64,000 nucleotides of DNA, taken from positions 1,632,001 to 1,696,000 of the forward strand of contig CAWCKH010000004.1 of the NCBI GenBank assembly GCA_963796055.1, read 5' to 3'. The notes beneath the pieces are model-generated. The model did not search any database. It was not told where the DNA came from and was given only the letters and a program-made list of their open reading frames with translations. Made by a program: the position numbers and the translations under genes. Source of the stretch: an uncultured delta proteobacterium. GTDB lineage: Bacteria > Myxococcota > Myxococcia > Myxococcales > Myxococcaceae. Positions 9,592-18,787 of this stretch are shown piece after piece; position 1 is the stretch's first letter, and every line of letters starts with the position of its first letter.

Positions 9592-10917
9592 TCAGCCGGT
9601 GGCGGCAACCGGAGCGGGCGCTCGCAAGGGCTCGGCGACTTCCCGTGGAGGCCGCAGCTCCCGCTCCAGCGCGACCGAGCGGAAGTAGTCGCAGGCGGGA
9701 GTCGCCCGCCGCTCCAGGGTGGCGAAATCCACGTGGTAGAGGCCGAAGCGGGGGCCCCAGCCCTCGAGCCACTCGAAGTTGTCGAGGAGCGACCAGTAGA
9801 GGTAGCCCCGCACGTCGATGCCCGCGGTCCGCGCCTGGAGCACCGAGGCCCAGTGCCTCCACAGGAACTCGCTCCGGCGGTCGCCCACCCGGTCATCGAT
9901 GCCGTTCTCGGTCACCCAGACCGGCAACCCGTAGCGACGGGTGGAGAGCAGCACCTGGGCGAAGCCCTCGGGGAAGAACTCCCAGCCGATGTCGGTCAGC
10001 CCGCGGTGGAGCGGGTCGCGGTAGTTGAACTCGACGTACGGCGCGCGCCGGACGAAGCGGAGGTGGGCGCGCGTGTAGTAGTTGACGCCCACGAAATCGA
10101 GGCTGTCCCGCGCGCCCTCGAGCGTCTGGCGGGTGGTGAAGAGTCCCGGCATGAACATCCGCAGCTCGCCGGTCACCAGCGCCTCGAGGAAGGTGTGGTT
10201 GTAGGCCTCGTCAGCGAGGCGGACCAGCGCGTGGTCCATCGGGTTCCAGGCACGATCGGCGGAGAAGGCCAGCATGTTCTGGCTGGTGCCGATGGGGAGC
10301 TTGCCGGCGTGGGTGAGCAGCTCCTCGCGGGCCGCCGCGTGGGCCCGCCCGATGTTGCCCAGGGCCAGCATGGCCAGCTTTGGGTCGGCGATGCCCGGAG
10401 GGATGGAAGCCTGCACGTACCCCCCCAGCAGCAGCACCATCGGCTCGTTGAAGGTGAGCACCACCGCGTCCAGACCCCGCAGCACCTCGGCGCAAGCTCG
10501 GGCATAGCGGCGGAAGGCGGCCACGCTCTCCGGGCGATGCCACGGCGTCTCGCGGTGGAACCAGGCCGGGTGCGTGAAGTGGTGCAACGTCACCACCGGC
10601 CGCAGCCCCACCTCGGTCATCGCCACCAGACGCCGGCGGTAACCGTCGAGCGCGTTCTCGTCGAGCCTGCCGCGCTGTGGCTCGATGCGTGCCCACTCCA
10701 GGCTCATCCGGAAGGCAGTGGCGCCGAGATCGCGGGTGAGCCGGTAGTCCTCGCTCCAGCGGTTCCAGTGGTCCACGCCCGCGCCGGCGACGTGCTTCAT
10801 CCTTCCGGCGCGCTCCCACTCGCTCCAGTCGTTCTCGATGTGCCCCTCGACCTGGTACGCGGCGGTGGCGACGCCGAAGACGAAGTCGGATGGGAAGCGA
10901 GGTGGAGGCGCGTTCAT
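9592..10917 (-). CDS. Glycoside hydrolase family 1 (beta-glucosidase)
   Basis: FGVATAAYQVEG, TFNEP, VTENG, WSLLDNFEW. Confidence 0.95.
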   Translation of the reverse strand: MNAPPPRFPSDFVFGVATAAYQVEGHIENDWSEWERAGRMKHVAGAGVDHWNRWSEDYRLTRDLGATAFRMSLEWARIEPQRGRLDENALDGYRRRLVAMTEVGLRPVVTLHHFTHPAWFHRETPWHRPESVAAFRRYARACAEVLRGLDAVVLTFNEPMVLLLGGYVQASIPPGIADPKLAMLALGNIGRAHAAAREELLTHAGKLPIGTSQNMLAFSADRAWNPMDHALVRLADEAYNHTFLEALVTGELRMFMPGLFTTRQTLEGARDSLDFVGVNYYTRAHLRFVRRAPYVEFNYRDPLHRGLTDIGWEFFPEGFAQVLLSTRRYGLPVWVTENGIDDRVGDRRSEFLWRHWASVLQARTAGIDVRGYLYWSLLDNFEWLEGWGPRFGLYHVDFATLERRATPACDYFRSVALERELRPPREVAEPLRAPAPVAATG

Positions 10918-10987
10918 CGCGGGCGAGGAAGAGCGACCCTAACAGCGTGCGTGCGTCGTCGTTGAGTCCGACGTCCCGGTCGATTCG

Positions 10988-11017
10988 TTGACATGGGGGC
11001 GCTCAGGTCACTACCAT
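10988..11017 (+). promoter_or_regulatory. Sigma70-type promoter upstream of Lys-rich micro-ORF
   Basis: TTGACA-18 nt-TACCAT. Confidence 0.6.
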
Positions 11018-11072
11018 CCGTGTTCACTCACTCGGCCCGAGTGACGAACACACACCCCGGAGGGATCCACTG

Positions 11073-11153
11073 ATGGCGCCGAAGAAGAAGACCGCGAAGA
11101 AGAAGCCGGCTGCGAAGAAGGCTGCGAAGAGGAAGACGTCGAAGAGAAGGTAG
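11073..11153 (+). CDS. 26-aa Lys/Ala-rich micro-protein (histone H1-tail-like), MAPKKKTAKKKPAAKKAAKRKTSKRR
   Basis: ATG preceded by GGAGGG RBS and promoter, followed by terminator; too short for the supplied ORF track. Confidence 0.7.
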   Translation: MAPKKKTAKKKPAAKKAAKRKTSKRR

Positions 11154-11172
11154 CGGTCACTCTCCTCCGGGA

Positions 11173-11213
11173 GAAACGGACGGCTCGGCGATTCGCCGGG
11201 CCGTTTCGCTTTT
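11173..11213 (+). terminator. Putative intrinsic terminator
   Basis: acggctcggcg-att-cgccgggccgt stem followed by ttcgctttt. Confidence 0.6.
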
Positions 11214-11227
11214 CAGGGGTTCCCCAC

Positions 11228-12634
11228 CTGTCGCTCAGACCCACCGAGCTGCGAGACGTGGCCACGGCGCTCGAGCCCGAGCTCGCCGGGGCCGTGGTGC
11301 AGAAGGTCCGCGCACCCTGGCCCGAGCGGCTGGAGCTGGAGCTGCGCCAGCCGGGCAGGACGGTTCGCCTGCTCCTCAGCGTCGAGTCTGGGCTGGCAAG
11401 GCTCTCGGTCATCGAAGCGCGGAGGCCCTCCACGTCTGACACCGTTCCCTCCCCGTGGTTGCTCCGGGCCCGCAAGGAGCTGACCGGTCGCCGACTGTCA
11501 TCCATTCGCTTCACCGGCGCCAGGCAAGTCCGCCTGGGCTTCGAGAAGGGGGGCACGGCGCGCGCGCTGATGGCCGAGCTGGGCTCGCCGGGAGCGCTGC
11601 TCCTGCTCGGAGACGCGGACGTGCCGCTGGCCGCCTCGCACGGGCCGCCGAGGGCTCCCGCGCCTCCCGGCGAGCTGGTGGACGAGGGCGGCCCTCCTTC
11701 ACGCCTCGGCGGAGCGCGCGGGCTCGATGCCGGTCGCGCAGCCGAGGCGCTGGTGGCCGCGCGCGAGTCGGCGGTGCGCCTCGAGGCCCTGCAGCGCGCG
11801 CGCATCCAGCCCATCCGCTCCGCCCTCCAGCGCCTCCGTCGGACCCGGGCCAAGGTGGAGGCCGAGGCGAACCGCGACGCCCTGGCCGAGGAGCACCGGC
11901 GGTGGGGTGAGCTCCTCTCGCGGGCCCTCGACGGGATCCCGCGCGGGGCCCGCTCGGTGCGGTTGACCGAGTGGACCGAGCTGGGCCCGCGCGAGGTGGA
12001 GGTACCGCTGGAGCCAACGCTCGCTCCACGGGCGCAGGTGGAGCGCCACTTCCACCAGTACCGCCGCCTGCTGCGCGGGAGCGCCCTGGCCCGGGAGCGG
12101 CTCGCCGCACTGGACCGGGAGATCGCCGAGGCCGAGCGGGCCCTCGCCGAGGCCGAGGCCAGCACTGCCGCCGAGGTGGAGATACCGGTCGCCCCCGTCC
12201 CGGTGCGGCCTCCTCCTCGCAAGCGCCCGTCGCCGGCACACCGCCCGTACCGGACTTTCCGGACGGCCGGCGGACAGCCGATCTGGGTGGGCCGGGCGGG
12301 CGAGGACAACGCGGCGCTCACCTTCCAGGTGGCCCGCCCGCATCACCTATGGATGCATGCCCGTGGCGTCCCCGGGGCGCACGTGGTGGTGCCGCTGGAC
12401 CGGGGAGCGGACGTCGAACAGGAGACGTTGCTCGACGCCGCGCACCTCGCGCTCCACTTCTCGCGCCTGGCGGGAGAGCCTCGGGGCGAGGTGGCCTGGA
12501 CGCGGGCCCGGCTGGTCAAGCGGGTGAAGGGCGGCGCGCCCGGGCAGGTGACGTACACCGGAGAGAAGGTGCTCGGGGTGCGGATGGAGCCGGCCCGGCT
12601 CGAGCGTCTCCTCCGCTCGCGCGAAGAGCCGTGA
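11228..12634 (+). CDS. NFACT family (FbpA/RqcH-like) RNA-binding protein
   Basis: NFACT-N-like start, coiled coil, NFACT-R motif VGR..EDNAALT..LWMHARGVPGAHVVV; start either CTG 11228 or GTG 11258. Confidence 0.85.
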   Translation: MSLRPTELRDVATALEPELAGAVVQKVRAPWPERLELELRQPGRTVRLLLSVESGLARLSVIEARRPSTSDTVPSPWLLRARKELTGRRLSSIRFTGARQVRLGFEKGGTARALMAELGSPGALLLLGDADVPLAASHGPPRAPAPPGELVDEGGPPSRLGGARGLDAGRAAEALVAARESAVRLEALQRARIQPIRSALQRLRRTRAKVEAEANRDALAEEHRRWGELLSRALDGIPRGARSVRLTEWTELGPREVEVPLEPTLAPRAQVERHFHQYRRLLRGSALARERLAALDREIAEAERALAEAEASTAAEVEIPVAPVPVRPPPRKRPSPAHRPYRTFRTAGGQPIWVGRAGEDNAALTFQVARPHHLWMHARGVPGAHVVVPLDRGADVEQETLLDAAHLALHFSRLAGEPRGEVAWTRARLVKRVKGGAPGQVTYTGEKVLGVRMEPARLERLLRSREEP

Positions 12635-12767
12635 CTCAGGGCGCACGGGACTGAACCTCGCCTGGCTCGCACCATCCCCGACAACTGAAAGACGTTCATC
12701 AAATCTTCACTGCCGTCGATCGCACTGGATCAGAGAGCAGCTTCACGACATTGCACCGAGAAAAGAC

Positions 12768-12870
12768 TTGAGCAGAGGAAAAGAATTCGATGACATCATC
12801 GTTGGAGCAGGCTCTGCGTGCTCGCGGCTCGCCTCAGTGAAGATCCGGATGTCCGCGTGGCACTGGTCCC
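12768..12870 (+). pseudogene. GMC oxidoreductase (choline dehydrogenase-like) N-terminal relic
   Basis: EFDDIIVGAGSA / frameshift / VLAARLSEDPDVRVAL; similarity then stops. Confidence 0.75.
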
Positions 12871-12954
12871 GCGACCTCGCCGAGGGTCAGCCGCTGGGGA
12901 TCGAGCGACCCGTCGGCGCCGCGTTCCTCGAGCCGTGACGCCGGGCACAGCCCA

Positions 12955-14097
12955 CTACCGCGGCTTGCCGAGCACCGGCGACCGGGGCGGCACCGGGGTC
13001 CGCTCCTCGACCGCCGGCCTGGACTCGGCCAACGCGGCAGGGTGCTCCGTCGCCGCGGCCTCCGCGGCCAGACGCTGGCGCCGGGCGGCGTGGAGCTCCC
13101 GGACGACGATGTGGGCGAGGGCAATGGCGGGCACCGCCACCACCGCACCGGCGATCCCCAGCAGCTCGGCGAGGAAGAGGATCCCCAGCAGCGTGACCAG
13201 CGGGTCGAGGTGCACCGTGCGGCGGAAGACGAAGGGCCCGAGGACGTTCCCCTCCAGCTGCCCATAGAGCAGGAAGTAGCCGAGGGTGATGAGTCCCTTG
13301 ACCACTCCGCCGGTGATCAGCGTCACCAGGGTGATGAATCCACCGGTGAGGATCGGCCCCGCGTAGGGCACCAGGCTGGAGAAGCCACTCAGCAGCCCCA
13401 GCGGCAGGAAGTAGGGCGTACCGATCAACGCCAGCGCCGTCGTGGTGCAGGTGGCGTTGATCGAGCAGATGAAGAGCACCCCCCCGAGGTACCCGCCCAC
13501 GGCCCGGTACGACTTGGCGAGCACGTCCTCCCACCGCGGCCGATCGTTCGCCCGTACCAGCGCAAGGAGCCGCTGCACCAGCCCTCCTCCGAACACCAGC
13601 ATGAACACCGTGAGAGTGAGCACGGTGACGAAGCCGGCGATGGCGCTCAGCGCCGAGGTGACCGCGGAGAGGATGGGATTCACCGCGGTCTGGGCCACGC
13701 CGAAGGCGCCCGACAGCGCATCCTTCAACCGGTCCTCGAGGCCGAACCGCGCATTCCAGCTCTGGAAGCGAGACGACTGTCGGAGGTTGGCGAGCATCCG
13801 GGGGAACGAGGCGATGAAGTCCCGGAGCTGGTGGACGGCGGTGGGGACCACCAGGAGCATCAGGCCAATCAGCAGCAGGACGACCGCCAGGGTGGTGAGG
13901 GCGATGGCCCACCCGCGCCGAATCCCCCGCCTCTCCATCCTCCGCACCACGTGGTCCAGCGCGATGGCCAGCATCATCGCGCCGATGGTGAGGGTGAGCG
14001 CCAGCCGGGTCTCGAGGACGAACAGCACCAGCGCCGCGGTGGCCACCACCGCGAAGCAGACGGTGAATGCCGTCCTCAGTGTCACCTGCGAGCGCAC
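12955..14097 (-). CDS. AI-2E family transporter
   Basis: Multi-TM, SLVPYAGP, QLEGNVLGP, GIAGAVVAVP. Confidence 0.9.
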   Translation of the reverse strand: MRSQVTLRTAFTVCFAVVATAALVLFVLETRLALTLTIGAMMLAIALDHVVRRMERRGIRRGWAIALTTLAVVLLLIGLMLLVVPTAVHQLRDFIASFPRMLANLRQSSRFQSWNARFGLEDRLKDALSGAFGVAQTAVNPILSAVTSALSAIAGFVTVLTLTVFMLVFGGGLVQRLLALVRANDRPRWEDVLAKSYRAVGGYLGGVLFICSINATCTTTALALIGTPYFLPLGLLSGFSSLVPYAGPILTGGFITLVTLITGGVVKGLITLGYFLLYGQLEGNVLGPFVFRRTVHLDPLVTLLGILFLAELLGIAGAVVAVPAIALAHIVVRELHAARRQRLAAEAAATEHPAALAESRPAVEERTPVPPRSPVLGKPR

Positions 14098-14118
14098 GGG
14101 GGTAACCTTGCTCCACTG

Positions 14119-14766
14119 ATGCCCGCTGGCAAGGACCGCTCGCCGTGCGCCCGCTGCGCCCGGACGCTGGGACGCTCGTGCTGCCAGCCCGGCCCCGGCG
14201 AGCGGCTGGCCACGCTGACCGCGACCGACGTGGAACGGATCCAGACCGCGACCGGCTGGAGGCGCGAGCGCTTCGTCGAGCACGAGCCGCTCTCACCCGA
14301 GGAGTCGCTGGCCTACGAGGCGCGGCGGCCGGGCTACCGGGGGTACTTCCGGCGAACGGTGGTTCGCTGGGGTCTCCGGGCGGAGAGCGGTGCCTGCGTG
14401 TTCCTCGGGCCGGGTGGCTGCTCGCTCGATCCTGCGACTCGCCCCACCGCCTGCCGGCTCTATCCGTTCGAGCCGGCCGAGCACGGATGGACGATCGCCG
14501 TCGAGCGCTCCGGCTCTCCTGAGCGCGCGGCGGCCAGCGCCGAGCCGCGCTGCCTCGCGGCCGAGGAGGCCCGGAGCAGGGGAGGGCTCCTCCGCAGCTT
14601 CGCGCTCGATGTCGAGGGCTTGACTGCGCTGATCGATCGCTTGCGGGCCGAGGTGGAGGCCCACCCGGAACCGATCGACTCCGTCAAGCAGCGCGCACCC
14701 CGCACCGTCGCCGGGAGGGCGGAAGGCGAGCGCCTCGCTCGCTCGCGCCGGGCGCGGCTGCGGTAG
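14119..14766 (+). CDS. YkgJ-like cysteine-cluster (Zn/Fe-chelating) protein
   Basis: CARC..SCC, CVFLGPGGCSL..RPTACRLYPF. Confidence 0.8.
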   Translation: MPAGKDRSPCARCARTLGRSCCQPGPGERLATLTATDVERIQTATGWRRERFVEHEPLSPEESLAYEARRPGYRGYFRRTVVRWGLRAESGACVFLGPGGCSLDPATRPTACRLYPFEPAEHGWTIAVERSGSPERAAASAEPRCLAAEEARSRGGLLRSFALDVEGLTALIDRLRAEVEAHPEPIDSVKQRAPRTVAGRAEGERLARSRRARLR

Positions 14767-14785
14767 AGTCCTCCTCGCCAGTCCC

Positions 14786-15541
14786 GTGAGCGATTCGTCA
14801 CCTCGTCAGCTTCTCCTGTTCGATCCTCAGGTGCGCGCCCGCGCCCGGGTGCCCGCCCGCGAGGTCGCGGTGCACAAGGCCGCCTCGCTCGCCCAGCACC
14901 TCGCCCGTGATCTCGGGATGCCGGTCCGCCTGTCGGTCACCGACAACCGGAGCACGATGATCAGCTTCCGGCGTGCTCCCTCGGCGCTGCGGCTCCGGCT
15001 TCACCACATGTTCCTCGACGCACCGGGGCCGGTGGTCCAGGCGGTGGCCGACTACGCGGGCCGCGGACGGCCGGGGGCGGGCCGGGTGCTGGACGAGTTC
15101 ATCAAGCGCGAGCAGCCGCGGATCCGCCAGGAGCGCGACGCCTCCGATGAGCGCTTCTCGCCCGAGGGGCGCTTCTTCCACCTCGAGGAGATCCGCGACA
15201 CCCTGAACGAGCGCTTCTTCCAGGGCGGGGTGCGGGCGAGCATCGGCTGGGGGCGGGTCCCGGGACGCCGGCGGCGGAAATCGATCCGCCTCGGCGTCTA
15301 CGACCACCAGACCCGGGAGATCCGCATCCACCCGGCCCTGGACCATCCCGAGGTGCCGCGGTTCTTCGTGGAGTTCATCGTCTTCCACGAGATGCTCCAC
15401 CAGCTGTTTCCCAGCTCGAACGGGCCGGGTCGCCGGGTCCACCACCCGCGCGCCTTCCGCGACCGCGAGCGCGCCTTCCCTCTGTACGAGGCGGCCATCG
15501 TCTGGGAGCGCGAGAACCTGCGCGCCCTCCTCCAGCGTTAG
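14786..15541 (+). CDS. SprT-like zinc metalloprotein
   Basis: IRLGVY..IRIHPALD, FHEMLH (HExxH). Confidence 0.75.
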   Translation: MSDSSPRQLLLFDPQVRARARVPAREVAVHKAASLAQHLARDLGMPVRLSVTDNRSTMISFRRAPSALRLRLHHMFLDAPGPVVQAVADYAGRGRPGAGRVLDEFIKREQPRIRQERDASDERFSPEGRFFHLEEIRDTLNERFFQGGVRASIGWGRVPGRRRRKSIRLGVYDHQTREIRIHPALDHPEVPRFFVEFIVFHEMLHQLFPSSNGPGRRVHHPRAFRDRERAFPLYEAAIVWERENLRALLQR

Positions 15542-15548
15542 GGCCACC

Positions 15549-16976
15549 ATGAGACGCGCCAAGATCGTCTGTACCCTCGGGCCCGCATCGTTGAAGCCCG
15601 AGGTCCTCGAGGAGCTGCTGAACGCGGGGATGGACGTGGCCCGGGTGAACTTCAGTCACGGGAGCCACGCCCAGCACGCGCAGACGCTGTCGATGCTCCG
15701 CACCGCGTCGTTGAAGGTCCGCAAGGCGGTTGGCGTGCTGGGGGACCTCCAGGGACCGAAGATCCGGACCGGCAAGCTGGTGGAAGGGAAGGTGGAGCTG
15801 GTCCCCGGAGAAAGCTTCTCCATCACCACCGACGAGTCGGTGCCCGGGACGGCTGAGCTCGTCTCCACCACCTATCCCTTCCTCGCCTCGGACGTGAACC
15901 CTGGCGACCGCATCCTGCTCGACGACGGCCTCCTCGAGCTGCGGGTGCTGGAGACGGACAAGAAGCAGCTGGTCCGCACCGAGGTGGTGCACGGCGGCAC
16001 GCTGAAGAACAACAAGGGGATCAACCTCCCCGGAGTGGCGCTGCGCGCCGAGGCGCTGACCCCCAAGGACCGGGACGATCTGGTCTTCGGCATCAAGGCC
16101 GGGGTGGACTACATCGCGCTGTCCTTCGTCCGTCAGCCGAGCGACCTGGACCAGGCGCGGGCGGCGATGGCCGAGGCGGGCCGCCAGGTTCCGATCATCG
16201 CCAAGCTGGAGAAACCGGAGGCGATCGCCCGGCTGGACGCGATCCTGGAAAAGTCCGACGGGGTGATGGTGGCCCGTGGGGACCTCGGGGTGGAGCTTCC
16301 GCCCGAGGAGGTTCCGGCGATCCAGAAGGACATCATCCGCCGGGCGAACCTCCGTGGTCTTCCGGTCATCGTGGCCACCCAGATGCTGAACTCGATGATC
16401 GAGCACCCGCGGCCCACACGCGCCGAGGCCTCGGACGTGGCGAACGCGGTCTACGACGGCGCGGATGCGCTGATGCTCTCCGGGGAGACCGCCTCGGGCA
16501 GCTACCCGGTGGAGGCAGTGCGGATGATGGAGCGCATCATCCTCGCCGCCGAGAGCGCGGCCCGGACGCACGGCAAGGCGCCGGCGCGGATCGGCGGGGT
16601 GACCTTCCCGGCGTCGTTCCCGGACGTGATCGCCGGCGTGGCCTGCGAGGCCGCGCGGGCTGCGGGCGCGGTGGTCATTGCCGCCTTCACTCTCTCCGGC
16701 CGCACCGCGGGGCTGCTCAGCCACTACCGCCCGCACGTGCCGATCGTCGCCTTCTCGCCGAACCAGGAGGTGCGGCGGAAGCTCTCGCTCCTCTGGGGCG
16801 TGGTGCCACGGGTGCTCGAGCCGGTGGACCGGACCGAGGAGATGGTTCGCCGGGTCGAGGAGGAGCTGCTCAGCCGCGGCCTCGCCCACCGTGGGGACCG
16901 GGTGGTGATCGTCTACGGCGCGCCGGTCGGGCAGCCGGGGAAGATCAACAGCATGCGGCTGCACGAGATCGCCTGA
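15549..16976 (+). CDS. pyk: Pyruvate kinase
   Basis: KIVCTLGP, NFSHG, DLQGPKIR, MVARGDLGVE, ATQMLNSM, MLSGETA. Confidence 0.97.
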   Translation: MRRAKIVCTLGPASLKPEVLEELLNAGMDVARVNFSHGSHAQHAQTLSMLRTASLKVRKAVGVLGDLQGPKIRTGKLVEGKVELVPGESFSITTDESVPGTAELVSTTYPFLASDVNPGDRILLDDGLLELRVLETDKKQLVRTEVVHGGTLKNNKGINLPGVALRAEALTPKDRDDLVFGIKAGVDYIALSFVRQPSDLDQARAAMAEAGRQVPIIAKLEKPEAIARLDAILEKSDGVMVARGDLGVELPPEEVPAIQKDIIRRANLRGLPVIVATQMLNSMIEHPRPTRAEASDVANAVYDGADALMLSGETASGSYPVEAVRMMERIILAAESAARTHGKAPARIGGVTFPASFPDVIAGVACEAARAAGAVVIAAFTLSGRTAGLLSHYRPHVPIVAFSPNQEVRRKLSLLWGVVPRVLEPVDRTEEMVRRVEEELLSRGLAHRGDRVVIVYGAPVGQPGKINSMRLHEIA

Positions 16977-17003
16977 GTCTGGCACAGGTCTCTGAAGAGG
17001 CGC

Positions 17004-17444
17004 TCAGCCGGACCGAGGGGGGCGCTTGAGCGTCCGCCGAGTTCCCGCGCGGGGGCTGGCCTTCCGTCGCCCGGAGGGCTTCTCCGGCGCGGGCCCCTGG
17101 CCCTGCACCACGGCCCACAGCCGCTTCGGGGCGATGAGACGGTAGCTCTCGTGCACCAGGGCGCGGACCTCGTCCCAGTCTCGAACGCCCTTCACGTCCA
17201 TGCTGATCCAGCCGTGCGCTCCGACGTATGGCGCTCGGGTGAACCGCGGGTCGAGGATTGCCGCATCCGCGTGCTCGCGCTCGAGCTTGAACCCCAGGGT
17301 GAACGTGCCGCCGTGGTCGCCGAACCCGGCGAAGATCTTTCCCCGTACCCGGAAGTGCGGCTGGCCCCAGGTCATGGTCTCGGTCACCTCGGGGAGGGAG
17401 AGGCAGATGCGGCGCATCTCGGTGAGCGGACTGGAGCGCGGCAT
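17004..17444 (-). CDS. MmcQ/YjbR family protein
   Basis: CLSLPEVTE..WGQPHFRVRGKIFA, APYVGAHGWI, ESYRLIA. Confidence 0.88.
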   Translation of the reverse strand: MPRSSPLTEMRRICLSLPEVTETMTWGQPHFRVRGKIFAGFGDHGGTFTLGFKLEREHADAAILDPRFTRAPYVGAHGWISMDVKGVRDWDEVRALVHESYRLIAPKRLWAVVQGQGPAPEKPSGRRKASPRAGTRRTLKRPPRSG

Positions 17445-17454
17445 GGTCTCTCCG

Positions 17455-18732
17455 TCACTGCAGATCCAGTTGGAGGAGAGCCGGGCGCGCGGGCGGGGCG
17501 CCGGGCCGGAGCGCGCCGTCGTCGGTGAACCGGCCCCACCCGCTGTCCACCAGGGCGAGGGCACCCCGCTGCGTCGCGACGGCGTGCGTCGGCTCGCCCA
17601 GCTCTGGACCCCGGGCGAGCACCGTCCAGCGCGTCACCCGCCGTCCATCCGGCGTGAGCCAGAGACGGACCACCCTGGGCTGCACGATGCCGTTCTGCAC
17701 CGCGACCAGGCCTCCGGGCACGGCCAGCAGACCGTCGATGCCGCCGGTCACGAGATCGTCCGGTCCCGGCACCGGCTCGGGAGCTCCACCGCCGAGCGGC
17801 AGCGCGAAGAGCCCGAGCGTCCAGTCGGGCACGAGCAGCGTCCGTCCATCCGGCGCCAGGGCCGGGGTCTGCGGGCTGGCGAAGGTGTGCGCCGGGACCA
17901 GCGGCTCGAGCGCACCGGCCCCCGGTGCCAGGCGGTACACGGTCCCCGCCAGCGCATCGGAGACCAGCACCGTCCCGTCCGGGGTGACCGTCATGTCCCC
18001 CAGGAGGTGAGGACCATCGCCGGGGGCCGGGCGCCGGGCGATCTCCGTGCCGTCGTCCAGCCGGTACGTCACCAGCGCGGAGCGCCCCTCCTCCGTCTTC
18101 CGGAAGCCCTCGGCCTGCGCCACCGCACCCACACTCACGTGCAGCAGCCGCCGGTGCCCATCCACGCCGAGCGCGAAGGCGCCGCTGCCTGCGGGCGCAG
18201 GACGGGCCCAGGCGCGCCACACGCCGCCGACCCCGTGCCACACCTCGCCGGTCCGCACGCTGGAGACGAACACCACGCCGGTGCGTGGATCCTCGGCCAG
18301 ATCCTCGACCAGACCGAGCTCCGGCGGAATCCGCCGCATGGGCGCGCCCGACCCGACCGGACCGCGGCCCGCGGCGAAGCGCGTCACCAGCGGCGTCCAT
18401 CGCGCATCGGCCCGAAGCGCCTTCAGATCAGGGTCCTCGGCCGGGTCGGCCACCAGCCCGGCGGTGGCCAGCGGGGCCAGCGCGGCGAAGGCCCGGTCCA
18501 CACTCCCGGCGCGCGCCTCGACGCAGGCCAGGTCGTACCGGATGTCGACGCGCCCCGGTGCCGCCGCCGCTCTGCGCCCGAGCGCCTCTCGAGCCTCGTC
18601 GAGCGCCCCGGTGTCGATCGCCCGGGCGAACGCGCGCCGCGCCTCCGCGTACGCGGCCGGTCGTCCCGGCCGAACGGAAGAGCCGCCGTCCGCGCCGAGC
18701 ACCACGGCCAAGGGCAACAAGAGAGTGCGCAT
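17455..18732 (-). CDS. Secreted TPR plus SMP-30/gluconolactonase-like beta-propeller protein
   Basis: Signal peptide, YDLAC TPR motif, propeller repeats (GIDGL, VQNG). Confidence 0.65.
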   Translation of the reverse strand: MRTLLLPLAVVLGADGGSSVRPGRPAAYAEARRAFARAIDTGALDEAREALGRRAAAAPGRVDIRYDLACVEARAGSVDRAFAALAPLATAGLVADPAEDPDLKALRADARWTPLVTRFAAGRGPVGSGAPMRRIPPELGLVEDLAEDPRTGVVFVSSVRTGEVWHGVGGVWRAWARPAPAGSGAFALGVDGHRRLLHVSVGAVAQAEGFRKTEEGRSALVTYRLDDGTEIARRPAPGDGPHLLGDMTVTPDGTVLVSDALAGTVYRLAPGAGALEPLVPAHTFASPQTPALAPDGRTLLVPDWTLGLFALPLGGGAPEPVPGPDDLVTGGIDGLLAVPGGLVAVQNGIVQPRVVRLWLTPDGRRVTRWTVLARGPELGEPTHAVATQRGALALVDSGWGRFTDDGALRPGAPPARPALLQLDLQ

Positions 18733-18787
18733 CGCACACGCCGAGTTCTCACACTCCGCCGCGGCGCCGTGCGACAATCCGCAATCC

